Assembly: GCF_009914755.1 (NCBI RefSeq)
Contig: NC_060926.1
Origin: the human T2T-CHM13v2.0 reference genome, Homo sapiens
Strand: one strand, 5' to 3'
Length of the DNA stretch: 64,000 bases
In this document: piece by piece, positions 59,331-64,000 of the stretch
Position numbering within the stretch: the stretch's first letter is position 1
Layout of the letters: each line of letters begins with the position of its first letter
Translations under genes and position numbers: made by a program
Notes under the pieces: generated by a model
Told to the model about the DNA's origin: nothing
Seen by the model: the letters and a program-made list of their open reading frames with translations, nothing else
Databases searched by the model: none

Positions 59331-60652
59331 ATATTCCTTCCCATCACTATTGCCCTTCACCACCACCACCACCAAACATAGCCCAAATGATCACACGTGG
59401 AGCCTCAAGACACACCTTGGGCCTCCTCTTCAGCCAGTACACCTCCTGCCACTCCTCTATCGAAATTCTGCAACTCCTCTGAGGGGCCAGGTTCTGGTTC
59501 CAAGGCAGCCAAGTCCCCAGGCTCTGGCTGGGGTCCCCACTGTCCTGTCAGTGAGAAATTACAAGGTAGCCTCCTATCAGAAGAAACCAGCCACACGGAC
59601 GAGGAGATGCTCCCTGAAGGACACTGGGAAAGTTACCAGGCAGCCGCTCTAGGAGGAGACCTGAGGATCTGACTCCCCATTGGGGTTGCAAAGTCCTTCT
59701 CTGAACCCCAGGCCTTCCTCTTTGCCATCTCTTCCTTCTCTGGAGAAGCTGCACCCAGAGCAGTCAGCTCTGCTGACCAGCTCTGCTGGTCAGAGCCTTG
59801 CACCCAGGAGCTCCAGCAGTCTTTCCAGACCAATCAAGAATCCGCTTCAGATGGGGAAAACCCACTACTACCCATCTCCGGCCTCTAGTCTCAATGATTT
59901 CAACTGCCAGAAAAAAAAAATTTATGCAAATCAGGGCCAAATTGAAAATCTGTTCATCACTTCTTCTGGTGCCTGGGGTCCCTTGTTGGGGAATTTTTAA
60001 ATGGCTCAGCTCATCTGAAGCCAAAGAAGAGAGAGGAGACAGATGGAGTCATGCGTTTTTACAGAGATTCTTAAGAATTGTCCTTGTGGAAACCCCTCTG
60101 CCCATCTATGCTGTGGTGGGGAAGTCTCATTACATGACCGGCTCTTACTAAAGATATTTCTCCCTGCACCTGACAGCTCGGGCATGCTTCTGTGGGGACT
60201 CGCTTGCGTGGTGGCCTTCAGGAGAGGCATTTCTCATACCACTGGCTCAGAAAAACCCAAGGCTTGCTTATTGAAAAAGCAATCTTTCTGCTGCCCAACA
60301 GAATGCAAAGCATCGGTTTTAACTACTCCCCTCCACCACCAAAAAAAAAGTCCACCTGTAAAGGCACTTCTTGTCAATTAAAACTGACTCCACCCAAAAA
60401 GTGGAAAATGTGGTGTGAGCCAGGCTGTACCCAAAACATTTATCACGTGTCTGCACAAACAGAAGATCTAATTTAAAGAGCCCTGGGGATTCCCTTTGCA
60501 TGACGTCTTCTGAGCAGAAAGTCTTATGGGCATTGAATTTGGCTGCAGAATTTGACTCAAGGTCTGGTCTTCAAATATCCTGCAAAAGGAGCGGGCTCTC
60601 AGAGGCTGCCCTTGGGACCATGATCACTTAGCAAAGCCCTCCCTTCACTCAG

Positions 60653-61120
60653 TGTAGTAGTCAGGGCTCTCCAGAGAACCAAAATCAATAGGACATAAAT
60701 ATATACAGAGGGAAAAAGAGAGATTTATTTTAAGGAATTGGCTCATGGGATTGTGAGGGGCTGGCAAGTCCAAAATCTGCAGGGTAAGTCAGCAGCCTGA
60801 GAATTCAGGTAAGAGTTATGTTGTAGGCTTGACTCTAAATTCTGCAGGGCAGCAGGCTAGAAATTCAGGCAGAGTTTCTATGTCACAGTCTTGAGGAGAG
60901 TCTTCTTTTTCTCTTTGAAAAACCTTTGTCTTTGCTCTTAAAGCCTTCAGTTGATTGGACGAGACCCACTCACATTACGTAAGGTGATCAGCTTTACTCA
61001 AAGTCTATGATTTAAATTACACATTTAATAAATACCTTTGAAGCAACATCTAGGCTGATGTTTCACCAAACAACTGAGCACCATAGCCTAGCCAGGATGA
61101 CACATAAATTAACTGTCACA
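60653..61120 (-). mobile_element. MLT2 (C/D-like) ERVL LTR
   Basis: TGTAGTAGTCAGGGCTCTCCAGAGAA...AAGGAATTGGCTCATGGGATTGTG...GATGACACATAAATTAACTGTCACA. TSD CTCAG / CTTAG. Confidence 0.85.
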
Positions 61121-62358
61121 CTTAGCATGTTCCTTCCACACCCTGGCCACACACCTAGCCAGTCTGCCCCACCTGCACCCTGGCAGTGCCTGGCTCCCTC
61201 TCCTTGGGCACGCATGCTCACTCACAGCTCTATGCTTTTTCAAGCAGCCTCTCCCTCTCCCACTGTAAGGCACTCCTCCCCCATCCCTTGCCTGTTCAAA
61301 CCCTCCCTTTACCCTCTAACACCCAACTCCAGCTCCACTTCTCTGATGGAGTCTCCCTCCTGGAATGTCCATAGCCTGCAGCCAGACTTGGATCACACAC
61401 CTCCGGAACTCCTTTTTCCTCCTCTTGTCTCATTTCTGAATTAAGAGATTGGTACACACACCTCCACCTCCCATCTAGAGGAGGGCTGGGAAGATGAAAT
61501 GGATGCAATTACTTGACTGGAGAGGATTTTCTCTGCAAGGAAGGAAAGCATAATGATGGTAAATGTTGGATTAAAAAACAAATGAACAAAATCAAAACAG
61601 AAAAAGGGAAAGCCATGAAAACCCGGAGGTTGTTCTGACTGAATTGAGCTATAAACACAAGTTGAAGAGAGGTCGGTTAAAGAAGGTGAGTTCGTTGTAG
61701 ATAAATACATTAAATAGCTCCTATTCAAGCTAATCTGTGAAAATGCAAATTATTCTCTGGCCCTGCAATAGGAGTCACCTCAGAACTGCAGATGGGGCTT
61801 CCGGCAGACATGGGGACAACATTAAGGGAGGACAGAGTGAGTCACTCCATGAAGACCTCTCCAAGCAAATGAGTTCAAAGTTCTGCTTTTAATCAATTCA
61901 GTGTGGGATATCACTGGGCAGCATTTCCTCTGAAGATAAGGACAGCATTGATTATCAGACAGGGAACCCTGAGGAGCAAGGGGCCTGCGCCAGATCAAAG
62001 GGCCAAAACCAGCTTCAAGAGGGGCGTGCTGGCTGCTTTACCAGAATGAGTACAACTCCCACCTCAAACCCCAATCCCTGACAGGCAGGAGAGCCTAGAG
62101 CCAGCCCACTGGGAGCCAGTCACCAGCTTGCAGGAAGGAGTGGAAGAGGAGGGAGATCCACAAAGACTAGGGGCATTTCTGAATGACAGAGTATGGCAAG
62201 TCTCAATGTTTGCTGTATTCTCAATTAATTATTAATATTGTTGAGCATGAAAAAGTGTTACACGCCCTATGCTAAATGCTGAGGAAATAGCAGACAGCCT
62301 GGGATCATGCCTGTAGGAGATGCATTCTATAGCAGGGAATAAAGACATTGGGCAAGTC

Positions 62359-62680
62359 CAGGTTGAGAATCCCTTATCCAAAATGCTTGGGACCAGAAGT
62401 GTTTCAGATTTCAAACTTTTTCAGATTTTGAAATATGTGCATACACGTAGTGAAATATCTTGAGTATTAGATCAAGTTTACACTCAAAATTCATTTATGT
62501 TTCATATACCCCTTGTACACAGAGCCTGAAGGCAATTTTTTAATAACTTTGTGCATGAAAGTTTGTGTCAAGTACTTACATGTGGAATTCTCCACTTGCG
62601 ATGTCATGTTGGCACTCAGAAAATTTCAAATTTTGGAATGTTTTGGATTTCAGATCTTTGGATTAGGTATGCTCAATCTA
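62359..62680. mobile_element. Tigger4b (MER46-type TcMar-Tigger)
   Basis: Left TIR CAGGTTGAGAATCCCTTATCCAAAATGCTTGGGACCAGAAGTGTTTCAGATTTC. Right TIR GGATTAGGTATGCTCAATCTA, followed by TA. Confidence 0.8.
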
Positions 62681-62729
62681 TACTACACATAATTGCCAAG
62701 ATAAATCAGGTGGAACCACACACAACTTT

Positions 62730-62907
62730 GTTATTTGTTTCTTGCATTTTGCTTTTTGAGACAGGGTCTCACTTTGTTTCTCAGGCTGGAGCGCAGTGGC
62801 GCAGTCACAGCTCACTGCAGTCTCAACCTCCTGGGCTGAAATAATCCTTCTGACTCAGCCTCCCAAAGTGCTGCTGGGATTACAGGCGTGAGCCACCGTG
62901 CCCAGCC
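62730..62907 (-). mobile_element. Alu monomer (FRAM/AluJ-type)
   Basis: GAGACAGGGTCTCACTTTG...CTCACTGCAGTCTCAACCTCCTGGGC...GGATTACAGGCGTGAGCCACCGTGCCCAGCC. Confidence 0.85.
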
Positions 62908-63369
62908 CGTACACAATTTTTAAAGGGCAAAGTGACATCATGGGAGCAGCAGGCTTGTCCTTGCTGAGGATGTGGAGGGAATTGCAGGAATGGTTACTTC
63001 TCTACAAACAGGAGGCTCCCAGCACTGCCTTTGCTCCTTATCCCTCCCTGCTCCCAGTCAGCTTTCAGAGCCTCAGTCCAGCCTGGGGAGGGATGGTGGC
63101 AGATCTTAGACTGGATTAGATATCCCTCCTACGTGTTCCTTTTGTGATCTGTGATGTCCCCCACCACCACCATCCTTCCATAGAACTTCCTGTGCTATAT
63201 TTTAATTGTTTCATTGCCAGTCTCATCCATTGAATAACAAGCTCCTTGCAGGCAGAGGCATGAGAGTCTCATTCAAATTTTACCCCCAGGACCAACAGAG
63301 AATGTGAGACTTTGTTAGCCACGACTTCAAGTGCTGCCTGCTTAATGCATGTTTAGAAAAACTTCACTA

Positions 63370-63600
63370 ATAATGATAGCTGCCAGTGTTTGAACAGGCA
63401 TTGTGTGCCACATGCTGTTAAACACTTGGCAAATATTGGCTCCTCTAGCCTTTGCAATAACCTTTTGAGTCTGGCATTATTATCCCTATCAAGCAATTAA
63501 GGGATGCCCCGAAGTTCAGAGAAACTAAGTAATCTGCCCAAGGTCACACAGTGTGAGACTAGATTCAAACTCAGAACTGTCCCTGGACCCCACAAATGCT
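63370..63600 (-). mobile_element. MIR
   Basis: AAGTAATCTGCCCAAGGTCACACAG...GATTCAAACTCAG core. Confidence 0.7.
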
Positions 63601-64000
63601 AGTGTGAGGTCTCCTGGAATGACAGCACAATCTCTGCAGATGCACAAGGAGAGAAAATTCCTTCTTGCCAGATGCAAAAGGAATCCAAGGAGCTTCGAGT
63701 GCTCAACAAATGCATCCACATGGAAGGCAGAAGGATTTGCAGTTGTCAAAATTGAAAGCTCCCAGAAATGGGGCTCCTAAGCCTGCAAGATCCTCCGTAA
63801 GGAGGTAAAAGCAGGAGCCAGACTCCACTCGTCTTCTCCAGGAGAAAAAGAAAAAACCTAAGCCGGGACATAGGGAGGCAGCCAGCCAAATAAAGTGGAA
63901 GGAGGCACAGGTATACGTCATCAATGTCCCTCCAGGTTATCAGCATCCCTCTTAGTCTTATCAGGGCTTCTCTCCAAAACTCAGGGCCAGCAACATGCAG

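Noticed and set aside
58190-60476. Numerous 90-166 aa ORFs on both strands
   Set aside because: Low-complexity Pro/Ser/Gly-rich translations with no homology I can recognise.

Overview
Primate (hominine, most likely human) non-coding genomic DNA, dominated by interspersed repeats. I found no host protein-coding gene, RNA gene or CRISPR array. Apart from the LINE-1 ORFs, the listed short ORFs look like chance frames in repeats or unique DNA. The main feature is a full-length L1PA2-type LINE-1 (17747-23804, +, 13-bp TSD). It has intact ORF1 and antisense ORF0 frames, a disabled ORF2 (G475*, D703H in FADD, ~25-bp frameshifting deletion, second stop) and a short 3' transduction. Older elements include an internally deleted L1MA hosting a solo LTR7 and an MLT2A1, a 5'-inverted (twin-primed) L1MB, several nested MaLR/ERVL LTRs with intact TSDs, Alus, MER/Charlie/Tigger DNA transposons, and L2/MIR relics. 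Two small templated-insertion scars stand out: a perfect 32-bp inverted copy at 53774/54785, and a 37-bp direct copy plus 24-bp inverted copy at about 33500-33610. I see no evidence of a new multi-gene system. The noteworthy signals concern retrotransposon biology and DNA-repair scars. Repeat subfamily names come from remembered consensus sequences and need RepeatMasker/Dfam confirmation.
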